Source: Malacoraja senta
Taxonomy: Eukaryota
DNA length: 64,000 bases
Reading direction: 5' to 3'
Assembly (NCBI GenBank): GCA_038087875.1
Contig: CM075990.1
Coordinates: 2,358,001-2,422,000 of the forward strand
How positions within the stretch are numbered: the stretch's first letter is position 1; every line of letters starts with the position of its first letter. Shown one piece after another: positions 1 to 12,775 of this stretch. The translations under genes were made by a program, and so were the position numbers. Below the pieces are notes generated by a model. The model did no database searches. It was not told where the DNA came from and saw only the letters and a program-made list of their open reading frames with translations.

Positions 1-615
1 TCTCCTCCCGATGTCAGAGTCAGAGCCCCCGCGGGCGATGGAAAATAAGTCCCGCGGTCATTAAAGCCACGCCGGGCGATCCAAGGCCGCCCTCCGGGTC
101 TTGATGTTGGAGCCCCCGGTAGCGCTAGCAAGTCCCACCGCCCTTAAAGCCGCGCCGGGTGATGTTAGACCCAGCTCCAGGTCATCTTCAACCCCGCAAC
201 TCGGGCGGGAGAAGTTGCCGTTGCGGGAGCGCCGAAAAGCGGTCTCCCACCAGGGACCCGCGAGCTCCCGATGTTACCGTCCACCAGGCCTGCGGCTGTA
301 GCCTCCGAATCTCCGGGGTCGGGTCACAGCCGCGCGTCACCGCAGCTCCTCCACGCTCCGAACTCGGCCAGCTCCACGATGGTGAGTAGTCCGCAGGCTC
401 CGCGACTGGAGCCCCAGGTCGTTCCGGTTGGAGGCCTCTCCACGGTGCTGGGCCGCAACGACAACGGAGACCCGACAGAGAAAGGTCGGGTCCTCCATAC
501 AGGGAAGAGATTTTTTAAAGTTTCCCCCTCCCCCCCGCCCCCCACATATACACAGTTAAAAACAATATAAAAAACCACAAACAACTACATTTAACTAGAC
601 AAAAATTAAAAAAAA
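1..615 (-). mobile_element. GC/CpG-rich dispersed repeat (partial), same family as 44438-45209
   Basis: Clear colinear similarity to 44640-45200 (ccgatgtcagagtc...ggtctcccaccaggg...gacaacggagacccgaca). Confidence 0.75.
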
Positions 616-734
616 GACAGACTCCAGTTACTCCAGCACTCTGTGAAACGTCACCTATCCATGTTCTCCACAGATGCTGCCTGAACCGCTGAGTTACTCC
701 AGCACTGTGTGTTGTAATCAATCAGTCGATGTAG

Positions 735-1275
735 GTTGATGTTTATTATTGTCCCGTGCACCGAGGTACAGTGAAAAGCTTTGTGTTTGCACACTACCCA
801 CTCAAATCAGATCATACTATACATAAATACAATACAAGCCAAACTCCAGTACAATAGGTAGAGCAAAGGGGAAGATACAGAGTGCAGAATACATTTCTCA
901 GCATTGTAGCGCATCAGTTCCACAGACAAAGTCCAATGTCCACAATGGGTAGAGGTGAATGGGACAGTACCCTGTCTTACGGAAGGACCGTTCAGAAGCC
1001 TGATAACTGAGGGGAAGAAGCTGTTCCTGAGTCTGGCGGTGCGCGCTTTCAAGCTTCTGTATCTTCTGCTGGACGGGAGCGGGGAAAAGAAGGAATGACC
1101 GGGGTGGGACAAGGACACGTCTTTGATTAAGTTGGCTGCTTTCCCGCGGCAGTGTGCAGTGTAGATGGAGTCAATAGTGGGGAGTGTGGTGTGTGTGATG
1201 GACTGGGCCACATCTACAATGGTGGGGAGTGTGGTGTGTGTGATGGACTGGGCTACATCTACAACTCTGTAATTT
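735..1275 (-). mobile_element. LINE 3' fragment (Rex/Babar- or L2-like)
   Basis: Minus-strand ORF HPGHSFFSPLPSSRRYRSLKARTARLRNSFFPSVIRLLN, a typical ORF2 C-terminus, followed by a 3' UTR seen repeatedly in the window. Confidence 0.8.
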
Positions 1276-1345
1276 CTAGTGGTCTTCAGCAGAGCTGCTA
1301 CCAATCCAAGCTGGAACGTAACCAGCCACTCTTACTGAAGACTAA

Positions 1346-1704
1346 AGGGCCTGTCCCACTGTACGAGATCATTCAAGAGTTCTCCCGAGTTTTCCCCTGA
1401 TTCAAACTCGGAGAATGTCCGTAACGGGTCCGTCGGAGTTCGTGGATGTCCCGTAGCGGCTCGTAATGATAACGGTAGGTACTCGGGAAATCCGGTAAAC
1501 TCGTGACGTTTTTTCAACACTGAAAAATGTCCACGAGTAAAAAAATATTTGTGATGAAAAAAAATGGTTACTTTTTACTCGTACGAGCCGCCACGAGACA
1601 TCCACGAACTCCCACGGGCCCGCTGCGGACATTCTCCGAGTTCGAATCAGGGGAAAACTCGGGAGAATTGCTCTTGAATTACCTCGTACAGTAGGACAGG
1701 CCCT
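1346..1704. mobile_element. Fold-back MITE, PIF/Harbinger-like
   Basis: TIR AGGGCCTGTCCCACTGTACGAG... / ...CTCGTACAGTAGGACAGGCCCT with ~75-bp inverted arms, flanked by TAA/TAC. Confidence 0.85.
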
Positions 1705-2519
1705 TACCAAGCCTGCAAACAATTAATATGTAGAAATAAGGAACTGCTGATGCCAATTTACAAAAAAAAAAAGACACAAAGTGCTGGAGTAACTCAGCGG
1801 GTCAGGCAGCATTCCTGGAGAACAAGGATAGGTGACGTTTCAGGTCGGGGCCCTTCTTCAGACTCTGAAAGCAGTAGGAATCACAGAAGGGAAGCAGAGA
1901 GAGGGGGTGCTGCCGAACTCTTGTCGGAGAGAGCGGAGGAGACCTTCAAAGTGGGCATTCCTTGAGGAGATCTCACAATGGAGCAGTCAACATGTTGAAA
2001 CATGGAACATGCAGATGATGGTTTACAACAAGAAAAAGATACAAAGTGCTGGAGTAACAGCAGGCCAGGCAGCACCACTGGAGAAACAATGGTTTAACAT
2101 GTGAATGATAGACGCACAGTGCTGGAGTAACTCAGCGGGTCAGGCAGCATTCCTGGAGAACAAGGATGGGTGACGTTTCAGGTCGGGACCCTTCATCAGT
2201 TACCAGGTCCCAAAACATTACATGTCCATGTCCTCCAGAGATGCTGCCTGACCCGCTGTGTTACTCCAGCACTCTGTGTCTATCTTTGGTATAAACCAGC
2301 ATCTGCAGTTGTTTCCCACTACAACATGCAAACAATGATGATGGCTCAACTTGCTTAAACTGGAGTGGAGGAACCTTGCCTCACTGGACCTGCTATTTAA
2401 TAATAAATAAAGTCTTATTAGATTTTGATCATTTTTGGTGACACTTCATACTGTGCATGTCTTGTTTTTAAAAATAAATAGATTTTTCTGTGTACGTTTA
2501 TCACATATCATGTACATTT

Positions 2520-2817
2520 AGTTTAGTTTAGTTTAGAGATACAGCGCAGAAACAGGCCCTTCGGCCCACCGAGTCCGTGCCGACCATCGGTCCCCGCACA
2601 CTAACACTATCCTACACACACCAGGGACAATTTACATTGATACCAAGCCAATTAACCTTCAAACCTGCACGTCTTTGGGATGTGGGGGCACCCGGGGGAA
2701 ACCCACGCAGGTCACGGGGAGAACGTACAAACTCCGTACAGACAGCACCCGTAGTCGGGATCGAACCCAGGTCTCCGGCGGTGTAAGACAGCAACTCTAA
2801 CGCTGCGCTACCGTGCT
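2520..2817 (-). mobile_element. tRNA-derived V-SINE (HE1-like)
   Basis: Reverse strand shows a tRNA-like head (A and B boxes, GGTTCGATCC), the V-domain ggtttcctcccac..ccaaagac and a (CTAAA)n tail. Confidence 0.85.
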
Positions 2818-3361
2818 GCAGAAGCCACCATTTATCCTGTATGTGTACACTGTGGATGTTCTAATTGTAATCATGTATTGTCTTTCCGCTGACCGGTTAG
2901 CAAGTAATGAGAAGCTTGTCACTGTACCTCGACACACCTGACCATAAGCGGAACTAAAGGCAACTATGCAGTTGTCCACAGAGTTGAGCTGGGGGTGGTT
3001 TGTTAGCTGTGTTCCAGGCTAGGTTAGCGGTCAGCCACAGAGGCTGTATACTGTATGTTCCCTGTGTGGCTTTGCACAGATGTTGTTGTGTTTGCTTTCA
3101 TTCCCAACTGCTTCCTGTTGTGGTACATTCTGAAGCCACTGTCCCGATCACAACTGCGGCCTCTGCAGGCCCGGCAATGTGGCTCGGAGATCGGGGGGTT
3201 GTCGGCATGGAGCGGCACATGGTAATCCTCCGGTTTTTCTCCAGTTCCGAGCTGGGGGCAGGGGGGGGGGTTTAGCAAGATGCCTGCTGCCCCTGCCAAC
3301 TCCCATTAGCCTTCTAAGCTTACTGAGCCTGCTGGTGTTGGACAGGCCAACTCAGTAGCTG

Positions 3362-3531
3362 TAGAGAGAGGGGAGAGAGGGGGAGTGAGGGAGGGAGGGA
3401 GGGAGGGAGGGAGGGTGAGGAAAAGAGAGAAGAGGAGATAAAGAGTGAGAAAGAAAGAAAGAGAGAGATGAGAGTGAGAGAGGGTGGGAGAGAGGGAGGG
3501 TCAGAGAGGGAGGGAGGAGAGAGGGAGAGAG
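3362..3531. repeat. GA-rich polypurine tract
   Basis: Nearly pure purine sequence. Confidence 0.95.
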
Positions 3532-3782
3532 AATCACATTTGCTTACTACAGCTTAGGGGCTGTCAAACTGTAAATGCTTTTGAACAACGGGCCACATCT
3601 GGCAAGTTCTGTGAGATGCGTGAGAGGCAGAGTTGAGGTGTGACCAAACTGAAACATGGTGGTTGTTTTAACCTAAACTTGTGGCGTTAAAGCAAAGTGT
3701 GCACGTTGTCGCAGGGAGGGTTAAGGATTGTCATAATTAGGGGTCAGGTTAGAAACGTTTGAAGTTCAATGTGGGTGGGTCA

Positions 3783-4387
3783 GTGTGAGAGTTAGTGTGT
3801 GAGTGTGTGGGTCAGTGTGTGTGGGTCAGAGGTGGGGGGGGGGGGGGCAGTGTGTGAGAGTTAGTGTGTGTGGGTCAGTATTGTGTGTTAGTGTGTGTGT
3901 TTGTTAGTGTGTGGGTTAGTGTGTGGGTTAGTGTGTGTGCGTGGGAGGTCAGTGTGTGGAGTGGGGTCAGTGTGTGTGGGGGTGTGTGCGTCAGTGGGGT
4001 GTGTGCGTCAATGTGTGTGTCAGAGTGTGTGTGTGTGTGTGTGTGTCTGTGTGTGTGGTGAGTGTGTGTGTGTGTGTGTGTGTCAGTGTGTGATAGTGTG
4101 TGTGTGTGTGTCACTGTGTGTGTGTCAGTGTCAGTGTGAGTGTGTGTGTGTGTGGTGAGTGTGTATCAGTGTGTGCGTGTCTGTGTGTGTGTGTGTGTGA
4201 TAGTGTGTGTGTGTGTGTTTGGGGTCAGTGAGAGTGTCAGTGTGTGTGTGTGTGTGAGTGTGTGAGAAAGTGTGTCAGTGTGTGTGTCAGTGTGTGTGTG
4301 TGTGTGTGTGTGATAGTGTGTCACTGTGTGTGGGTGTGTGAGTGTGTCACTGTGTGTGTGTGTGTGTGTGTGTGGGTGTGGGTGTGT
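3783..4387. repeat. Imperfect (TG)n microsatellite
   Basis: Directly visible. Confidence 0.98.
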
Positions 4388-4500
4388 TTTCAGAGACCAG
4401 TTGAAAGGTTCCCCTGTTTCTGGCTCCGTGCAGAATGACTCATTCACTAACAAAAGAAGAACGCTGTGTAAGGACCCGCACACGGGCGGGGTTTATTCGT

Positions 4501-4526
4501 CACACAACACCACACCACACACACAC

Positions 4527-4586
<60 letters not shown>
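4501..4586. repeat. (CA)n microsatellite
   Basis: Directly visible. Confidence 0.98.
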
Positions 4587-4587
<1 letters not shown>

Positions 4588-4639
4588 CCATCTTCACTCG
4601 CTCCCCCTCTGTCTACCCCGCTCTCACCCGTCTTCCACC

Positions 4640-4716
4640 CCTCTTTTTTCACTCTTTTCTCTTTCATTCTCTCTCTTTCCTCTTTCTTATTTTCTCCTTC
4701 CATCCTCAGTTTCTCT

Positions 4717-4790
<74 letters not shown>

Positions 4791-4906
4791 CTCCCCAACA
4801 CTCTCTCTCTCCATCTCTCTCCCCCCTCCCTCTCACTCTCTCCCCCTCCCCCCTCTCTCTCTCTCCCCCTCCCTCCCTCTCTCTCTCCCACTCTCTCTCC
4901 CTCCCC

Positions 4907-4944
<38 letters not shown>

Positions 4945-5045
4945 CCACTCTCTCTCTCTCTCTCTCTCTCTCCATCTCTCCCCCAACACTCTCTCTCTCC
5001 CCCTCCCTCCCTCTCTCTCTCCCTCTCTCTCTCTCCCTCCCACCC

Positions 5046-5085
<40 letters not shown>

Positions 5086-5161
5086 TCTCTCCCTCTCTCT
5101 CTCTCTCCCCCTCTCTCCCACTCTCTCTCTCTCTCTCCCTCTCTCTCTCTCCCTCCCACCC

Positions 5162-5201
<40 letters not shown>

Positions 5202-5233
5202 TCCCTCCCTCTCTCTCTCTCTCCCCCCTCTCT

Positions 5234-5274
<41 letters not shown>

Positions 5275-5283
5275 CCTCTCTCT
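4640..5283. repeat. (CT)n / polypyrimidine tract
   Basis: Directly visible. Confidence 0.98.
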
Positions 5284-5529
5284 GTAGCCCTCCCCCCCAA
5301 TACCACCCTGTGGGAACTTCTCAAATCACTGGTTGCATTCAACCAAACAAGGGACTGTGCCTTGGAGCATAAGAGCTGTGTGTGAGTTGAAACTAATGAC
5401 CAGAGCTGATTGTACAGCCCTGCTCCCTATCAGTCTGGGCAGGGCAGCGAGCCTTGCCTCTTGCCCCTTCTGTTCTTGTCTGCGTTTATTTCAGATTAAT
5501 TAATGACCCTCTTTGTTTTGTCCTTACAG

Positions 5530-5580
5530 AGCACAACGCTGTATTCTCCCCTTGGAAATCCCGCCCGACCGTTCAACTTA
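5530..5580 (+). CDS. SORBS1: SORBS1 small internal coding exon (..LEIPPDRST-Y)
   Basis: Polypyrimidine tract + CAG acceptor (5527-5529) and GTAAGT donor (5581). It ends in phase 2 (TA), which joins the C at 20501 to give Tyr. The position matches the mammalian 'SSAISPTPEISSETPGY' exon as I recall it. Possible extra C in the run at 5548-5551. Confidence 0.65.
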
Positions 5581-6204
5581 GTAAGTACCATCTGTGGCCC
5601 GTGTACCTAAATATCGGTTAGTGGCTGGTAGAGAGATCTCTCTGCCTCAGCGAACTCCAGCCTGTGAGATTCTGTTGAATGCGCTGTTTTAATTACGCCC
5701 AATCCTCTCGCCTTTAAATGTTCCTACGTGTATGTGTGTACGCTCGGCAAAAACATATTAGACAATCGGTGATTATTGTCCCATGTGCGATTGAAGAGAG
5801 CTTTTGTCCGCGTTTCAATGTGAGCGTATATCGCTAGCTCAAGTTGTGAAGTGATGCAAAGAGGTATTGGAAACCTCTTGAAGAGTTTCTGAGTATTTAA
5901 CCTGAATGGTAAATCCTTAAAGTTTGCCGGAGATTTTCTGCAAAGGTTTCATGAATGTGCCCTTCTACATGCCGAGTTTGTTTCGTTTATTGTCCCGTGT
6001 ATCGAGGTACAGTGAAAAGCTTTTGTTGCGTGCTAACCAGTCAGCGGAAAGACAGTACATGATTACAATCGAGCCGTCCACAGTGATAAAGGTAAATAAC
6101 GTTTAGTGCAAGATATTATGCCAGTAAAGTCCGATCACAGATAGTCCGAGGTCTCCATTGAGATAGATAGTAGTTCGGGTTAAATATCCTGGAGATGTCA
6201 ATCC

Positions 6205-6492
6205 TTTAGTATGGTTTAGTTAGAGATACAGTGCGGAAACAGGACCTATGGGCCACCGAGATCGCACCGACCAGCGATCCCCACGCACTCTCGTACTATC
6301 CTACACGCACCAGGGACAATTTACATTCTACACCAAGCCAATTAACCTAGAAACCTGTACGTCTTTGGAGTGTGGGAGGAAACCGGAGACCCGGAGAAAA
6401 CCCCACGTGCAAACTCCGATGTGGTCGTCACGATCGAGACCCGGGTCTCTGGCGCTGTAACGCAGCAACTCTACCGCTGCGCCACCGTGCCG
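6205..6492 (-). mobile_element. HE1-like V-SINE
   Basis: Same family as 2520-2817. Confidence 0.85.
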
Positions 6493-6510
6493 ACCAATGT
6501 ATTTTCCAAC

Positions 6511-6649
6511 TGATTTCTGCACATGATTTCTGCAGCGTGATTTCTACACATGATTTCTGCGCGTGATTTCTACACGTGATTTCTGCGCGTGATTTCTGCA
6601 TATGATTTCTGCGCGTGATTTCTACACATGATTTCTGCACGTGATTTCT
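6511..6649 (+). repeat. 13-bp minisatellite (GATTTCTRCRCRT)n
   Basis: About ten tandem units. Confidence 0.95.
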
Positions 6650-9600
6650 TAATGTAATTTCTGGAGAAAGAGATCAAAGTTTCACCCTCGACTGCAATCC
6701 TCTCCTCTGGAGAATAGATGCGTTTTTCCGATCTCGAGATTGGACTGCAGCATCTTAGAGTTCTTCCTGTGGCGCTAAGGAGATGTTTATTTGTTGTGAG
6801 ATCCTCAGGGACATTCATTAGACAGACAGGCTGGATGTGCTCGTGTCCTTGGAGATGCATTTCCTTATGAAATGCTTTCCCGATTTACTTCAGATTATTT
6901 TGTTTAAAACTGAGATTATACATTACAGAGAGCCACTGTTAAAGGGGCAGCGCAGAGTTCATGGAGATCGGGCAGACCCACTACCAGCTGCGTTAGTCAT
7001 GGTGTCGTACAGCACGGAGACAGGCCCTTCGGCCCAGCTTGTCCATGCTGACCAAGACGCCCCATCCACGCTGGTCTCGTTTTCCGGGCTTCAGCCCGTA
7101 TCTCTCTAAACCTTTCCTGTCCGTGCGCATGTCCAGGAATGAGAAGCTGTCTACAACCTGTCTGAGGAAGGGCCCCATCCCGAAACGTCACCCGTCTATT
7201 TCTCCAGAGATGCTGCACGACCCGCTGAGTTACTCCAGCACTTTGTGTCTATCTTGCATATTTCTGTCCAAATGACTTTAAAATGCTATTATTGTATCTG
7301 CCTCAACGACCTCCTTTAAATTAGTTTGGAGATACAGTGCAGAAACAAGCCTTTTCCCATGGGTCAGGATCATAAGGCCATTCCGGCCCATCAAGTCTAC
7401 TCTGCCATTCAATCATGGCTGATCTATCTCTCCCTCCTAACTCATTCTCCTGCCTTCCCCCCATAACCTCTGTCACCCCTACACCTTCCATCCACCGAGA
7501 CATCGTCTGTCCATTCCCTCCCCAGATGCTGCCCGACCCACTGAGTTCCTCCAGCACTTTGTGTTTTGCTCAAGATTCGAGCATCTGCAGTTCCTCGTGT
7601 CTCCATGAGCAAAATAATTCAATATTTAAATATTCAGTTACGTTTTCAATGGTGAAGAGGAGGCCTGTTGCACAATCCACACCTCTCACAATGCTGGTCC
7701 TGAACTCTTTGCTTAATTAAGTTTAGTATAGTTTAGAGATACAGCGCGGAAATATGCCCTTTGGCTTACTGAGTCCGCGCCGCCAGCGATCTCCGTGCAC
7801 TCACACTATCCTACACACGGCTCAATGTACAATTTTACCGAAGCCAATTAACCTAAAATCCTGCATGTCTTTGGAGTGTGGTAGAAAACCAGAGCACCCG
7901 GCGAAAACCCACGTGGTCACAGGGAGAATGTACAAACTCCGTACAGACAGCACCCGTAGTCAGGATCGAACCCTGGTCTCTGGCGCTGTGAGGCAGCAAC
8001 TCTACCCCTGCACCCCCGTGCTGCCCTTCTATTCAATACAACCAAATTGGCCGATAACAGAGGTGAATAAGAATATAACTAGTGTATAGGAAGGAACTGC
8101 AGATGCTGGTTTAAACCGAAGATAGACACAAAAAGCTGGAGTAACTCAGCGGGACAGGCAGCATCTCCAGAGGAAAGGAATAGGTGGTGTTTCGGGTTGA
8201 GACCCTTCTTCAGACTGAAATGAGAGATATAGACGGTGATATAGAGAGATACAGATTGAATTAATGAAAGATATGCTGTGGACTGGGTGAAAATGGGTTA
8301 CAGACAATGAGACTCAACAAGGCGATTTTAAAGATAGTTTAAGAAAGAACTACAGATGCTGAAAATCGAGAGGTAGACAAAAGTGCTGGAGAAACTCAGC
8401 GGGTGAGGCAGCATCTATGGAGCGAAGGAAATAGGCAACGTTTCGGGCCGAAACCCTTCTTCAGACTTTAAAGCTAGTATTACTTGGGAGAGATGGGGAG
8501 AGAGTGGATGCTTGATCTTCACTGACTGATATAACTAAATAATTAATAGTGGACGAAGGTGGCAATTCTCCTGCTGAGGATACTGGTGTCCCAGTCTACT
8601 TACTCGAGGATCAGGGATCCGTTTACACTATGTCTACCTCCTCCCCTGAGCCAGAAGCTAGCTTCATATTTAATCCCAGATGAACCGTAATCCTTCTGCT
8701 CCACTCCCCGACCATCTGATAGCATATTGTGTTTCATGTTGTGAAAAATTGAGAACTTATAATCTCCCTGGAGTCCTTTCGGCTGTGGGACCTCATAAAT
8801 AAACCATCAGGACAGTAATATGCCACTGCCCACATTTCATCCTTTCCTACATTCAGTTTGGAATCCTGTGCCTGTACAACTCACCAACTAACTATACTGC
8901 TCTGATTTCAGCTAACTAGTAGATTGACACAAAGTGCTGGAGTAACTCAGCAAGTCGGGCAGCATCTCTGGGGAGCAGGAATGGGTGACGTTTCGCTTCG
9001 AGACCAGTCTGAGTTACTCCAGCATTTAGTGTCCATCTTCGGTTTAAACCAGCATCTGCAGTTCCTTCCGCAGCAAAATATTAAGTTTAGTCACAGAGTC
9101 ATAGAGTGAAACAGTGTGGAAACAGGCCCTTCGGCCCAACTTGCCCATACCGGCCAACATATCCCAGCTACATTCGTCCCACCTGCCTGCACCTGGTCCA
9201 TATCCCTCCGAATCTAGTTTAGATACATAGATACATAGACAATAGGTGCAGGAGTAGGCCATTCGGCCCTTCGAGCCAGCACCGCCATTCAATGTGATCA
9301 TGGCTGATCATCCACAATCAGTACCCCGTTCCTGCCTTCTCCCATGTCCCTTAATTAGTTTAGTTTATTGTCACATGGACTGAAGTACAGCAAAAAGCTT
9401 TTTAGTAGCTCAGGAACTCTGCCGTGGCACCACCGTGGCGGCTACAGATATGTACCGCGCCATATATACGGATATGTTGGATGAATATGAGCTGATTAGT
9501 AAGTTTGCAGATGGAACAGCGATTATGGAGGAGTGTGACTAGTTCTCCTTCCTCACTAGCCACAAGATATAGGTCAGTTGGAAACGTAGGTGATTTATAG

Positions 9601-12124
9601 AGGATGGAGTTTTATCCAGACAATTGCAAAGTGTTTCATTTGGAGAAATTAAATCCAAGAGGAAAGTATATAATAAGTTGCAGGGCTGTTGGATGTAGTG
9701 ATGTACAGAGAGACCTTGAGGTGCATTTCCATCGCTCCCAGAAAGTAGCAACGCAAGTGGAAAAGGTGGTAACGAAGGCAACCAGCAGGGAGAGGCTGCG
9801 AGGCAATCTTGTAGAGGCGTGTAAAAGCATGAGGGTAATAGATAGGGATATTGATCAGTCTTTTTTGCCAGGATAATGGAATCGAGACGAAGAGGCCATT
9901 GGTTTAAGTTGGGAGGGGATAGATTTAAAAGGAACCTGCGGGGCAACCTTTTTTCCACACGGTGGCGCAGCGGTAGAGTCGCTGTCTTACAGCGCTTACA
10001 GCACCAGAGACCCGGGTTCGATCCCGACTACGGGTGCTGGTCTGTACGGAGTTTGTACGTTCTTCCCTTGACCTGCGTGGGTTTTCTCCGAGATCTTCGG
10101 TTTCCTCCCACACTCCAAAGACGTGCAGGTTTGTAGGTTAATTGGCTTGGGATGAATGTAAAAGTCAAGTCAAGTCACATTTATTTAGATAGCACATTTA
10201 AAAAACAACTCTCGTTGGCCAAAGTGCTTTAGGATAGTGATAGTGTGCGGGGATGGCTGGTCGGTGCGGACCCAATGGGCCGAAGGGCCTGTTCTCTCTA
10301 AAGTCTAGTCTAGAATATGAAGGATAACAGATCTTGGAGTCACATCAATTAGCCACAGGGTTGAACGAAAAGTAAGTTTTGCCAAAAGGAGATTTCTCTG
10401 TGCGGCAGCATTTTGATTTTATGATGTACCAAAGCACTTCACAGCCAATGAAATGCTTTTGCAACGTAATCATTGTTACGATGCAGGAAGCACAAAAGCT
10501 CCCGTCATTTGTAAGGAATGAGTGACTGTATAATCTGTGCACAATGCTGCTGGCAGAGGGACAAGCATTTGTTCAGGATAGGAGAGAACTCCCCTCGATA
10601 TTCTTTGAGCCGGTTTAGGGAACAGCTCCATCCAACGCCGGCTATAAATCGCAGAGAATTGTGGAGCTGCCAAACTCAAGTACAAGTGGGATAGTGGAGA
10701 GAAAGATGTCGGTGTGCAGATAATATTCTCAGCGTGGTGGTGTAACGCTTCCAGAGAAAAGGTCCAGTCTGCAATGAGGTTGGTTGGAGATTTGGGGCAG
10801 GACTCTCTTTTATGGAAGGGCCTTCAGTCATCTGATGAGAGAGGGGAAGAAGCTGTTCCTGAGTCTGGTGGTCATGATACCTGCCTCAATACAAGGAGTT
10901 TTGTGAACAAGTTGGAATATAATCCATGGAAAATAGCGATACATGATGGTATAAAACCTTGATGACAGATAGGTGGCTTAAGGAGCATTTTCACCGAGAT
11001 CTTCGGTTCCCTCCCACACTCCAAAGACTTACAGTTTGTAGGTTAATTGGCTTGGTATAAATATAAATGATTGTCCCTGTAGGGTGTAGGGTAGAGTTAG
11101 TGTGCGTGGATCACTGGTCAGTGCAGACCCGGTGGGCTGAAGGGCCTGTTTCCGCGCTGTATCTCTAAACTAAACTAAGCTGAGGACTTCAAACAAGGTG
11201 GACTATGACCCAGTGGGCCAGCGAGAACAAGGATGGCCCTGGTGGGCTGCCAGGAATGAAGAACCGCAGGTCCACCGTGGCCACGCATGGCAACAGATCT
11301 GGCTCGCCGCTGCGATGGAAGAAGGACCCGGGGGGAACCGGGGTATTGTCTCCAGCGCCTTCAAGCACTGCAGGAGGCGCCCCTCCCCGCAACACAGAGG
11401 CGGTCGGGCAAGGAGAGCGACGTCAGTTAGTGGGCTGAGGATGACAGAGGAGGCCCTGCAGCAGCCTGGGGCTCGCCTGAATCGGGAGCCGCTCCGGTGC
11501 ATCCAGCATGTGGACCGGACTTTGGACTTTGTTCTTTTCTACCCCCCAGAGCGGCCTCTTGTGCTGTAACTACTGAGTGATATCCCTTAGCTCCGTGACC
11601 TGCAGCTATGCTTCAGAGCTGGGAATCCAAGCGTTAATGGTTTATTTTGAACAGAACTTACTGAGTCACTCGGAAAGGGATTAACTCAAACACAAATGTT
11701 GGCGGCGATCTACATTGGCGTGCGGTGTGTATGCCTTAAATAGTGAGATGTTGATGTACCCTGTAATTTGGGCCCATCTGTTCATACATATTGGAGGTCT
11801 GTCTTTGAAGGCCGGGCCTGTCCACTATTAAGCATGGTCAGGTTCATCTGTGACATGCCTCCTCACTCATTTACAGACAAATTGCTGCACTAATCTTTGC
11901 GCTGATTACACGTCCTTTCCAAAGTAAGCTTGGGCCTCATCAGAGCAGAACAGAAGCTGGTTTAAATTGTTCCTGGCGTGTCAGTGTACAAGGCTTCCGT
12001 GGCTGTGAAAGGTTGATAAATGGCTCAGGAATTTAGAGTTGCAGTAGAATCTTGTGCAGAAATCATGCATAGCAATCATGGGTAGAAATCATGTGTAGAA
12101 ATCATTAGATTAGATTTATTATTA

Positions 12125-12430
12125 GCTTAGAATAGAGATACAGCGCGGACACAGGTCCTTCGGCCCACCGAGTCCACACCGACCAGCGATCCCCGTACAT
12201 TAACACTACCTTACACACACTAGGAACAATTTTACATTTACACCAAGCCAATTAACCTACAAACCTGTACATCTTTGGAGTGCGGGAGGAAAACGGAGAT
12301 CCCGGAGAAAACCAACGCGTATCACGGGGAGAACGTACAAACTCTGTACAGACAGATCCCGTTGTCAGGATCGAACCCAGGTCTCTGGCGCTGTACGGCA
12401 GCAACTCTACCGCTGCGCCACCGTGCCGCC
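12125..12430 (-). mobile_element. HE1-like V-SINE (left member of an inverted pair)
   Basis: Full-length reverse copy. Confidence 0.9.
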
Positions 12431-12460
12431 CATGTGTAGAAATCATGTGGAAATACATTG

Positions 12461-12775
12461 GGCGGCACGGTGGCGCAGCGGTAGAGTTGTGGCTTCACAG
12501 CGCCAGGGACCCGGGTTCGATCCTGACCACGGATGCTGTCTGTACGGAGTTTGCACGTTCTCCCCGTGACGTGCATGGGTTTCTTCTGAGATCTACAGTT
12601 CCCTCCCACACTCCAAAGACGTGCAGGTTTGTAGGTTAATTGGCTTGGTATAATTGTAAATTGTCCCTAGTGTGTGTAGGATAGTGTTCATTAGCGGGGA
12701 TCGCTGGTCGGTACAGACTCAGTGGGCCGAAGGGCCTGTTTCCATGTTGTATCTCTAAACAAATCTAAACTAAAC
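12461..12775 (+). mobile_element. HE1-like V-SINE (right member of an inverted pair)
   Basis: ggcggcacggtggcgcagcggtagag...gggttcgatcc...ctaaac tail. Confidence 0.9.

Noticed and set aside
1172..1261. Repeated peptide IVDVAQSITHTTLPT
   Set aside because: A 45-bp tandem duplication inside a dead LINE fragment.
3864..5385. Long ORFs of 316-348 aa and RE-, HT- or CV-rich ORFs
   Set aside because: Translations of TG, CA and CT microsatellites that lack stop codons by composition.
12461..12535. tRNA gene-like sequences (A and B boxes)
   Set aside because: They are heads of tRNA-derived SINEs that continue into the V-domain and tail.
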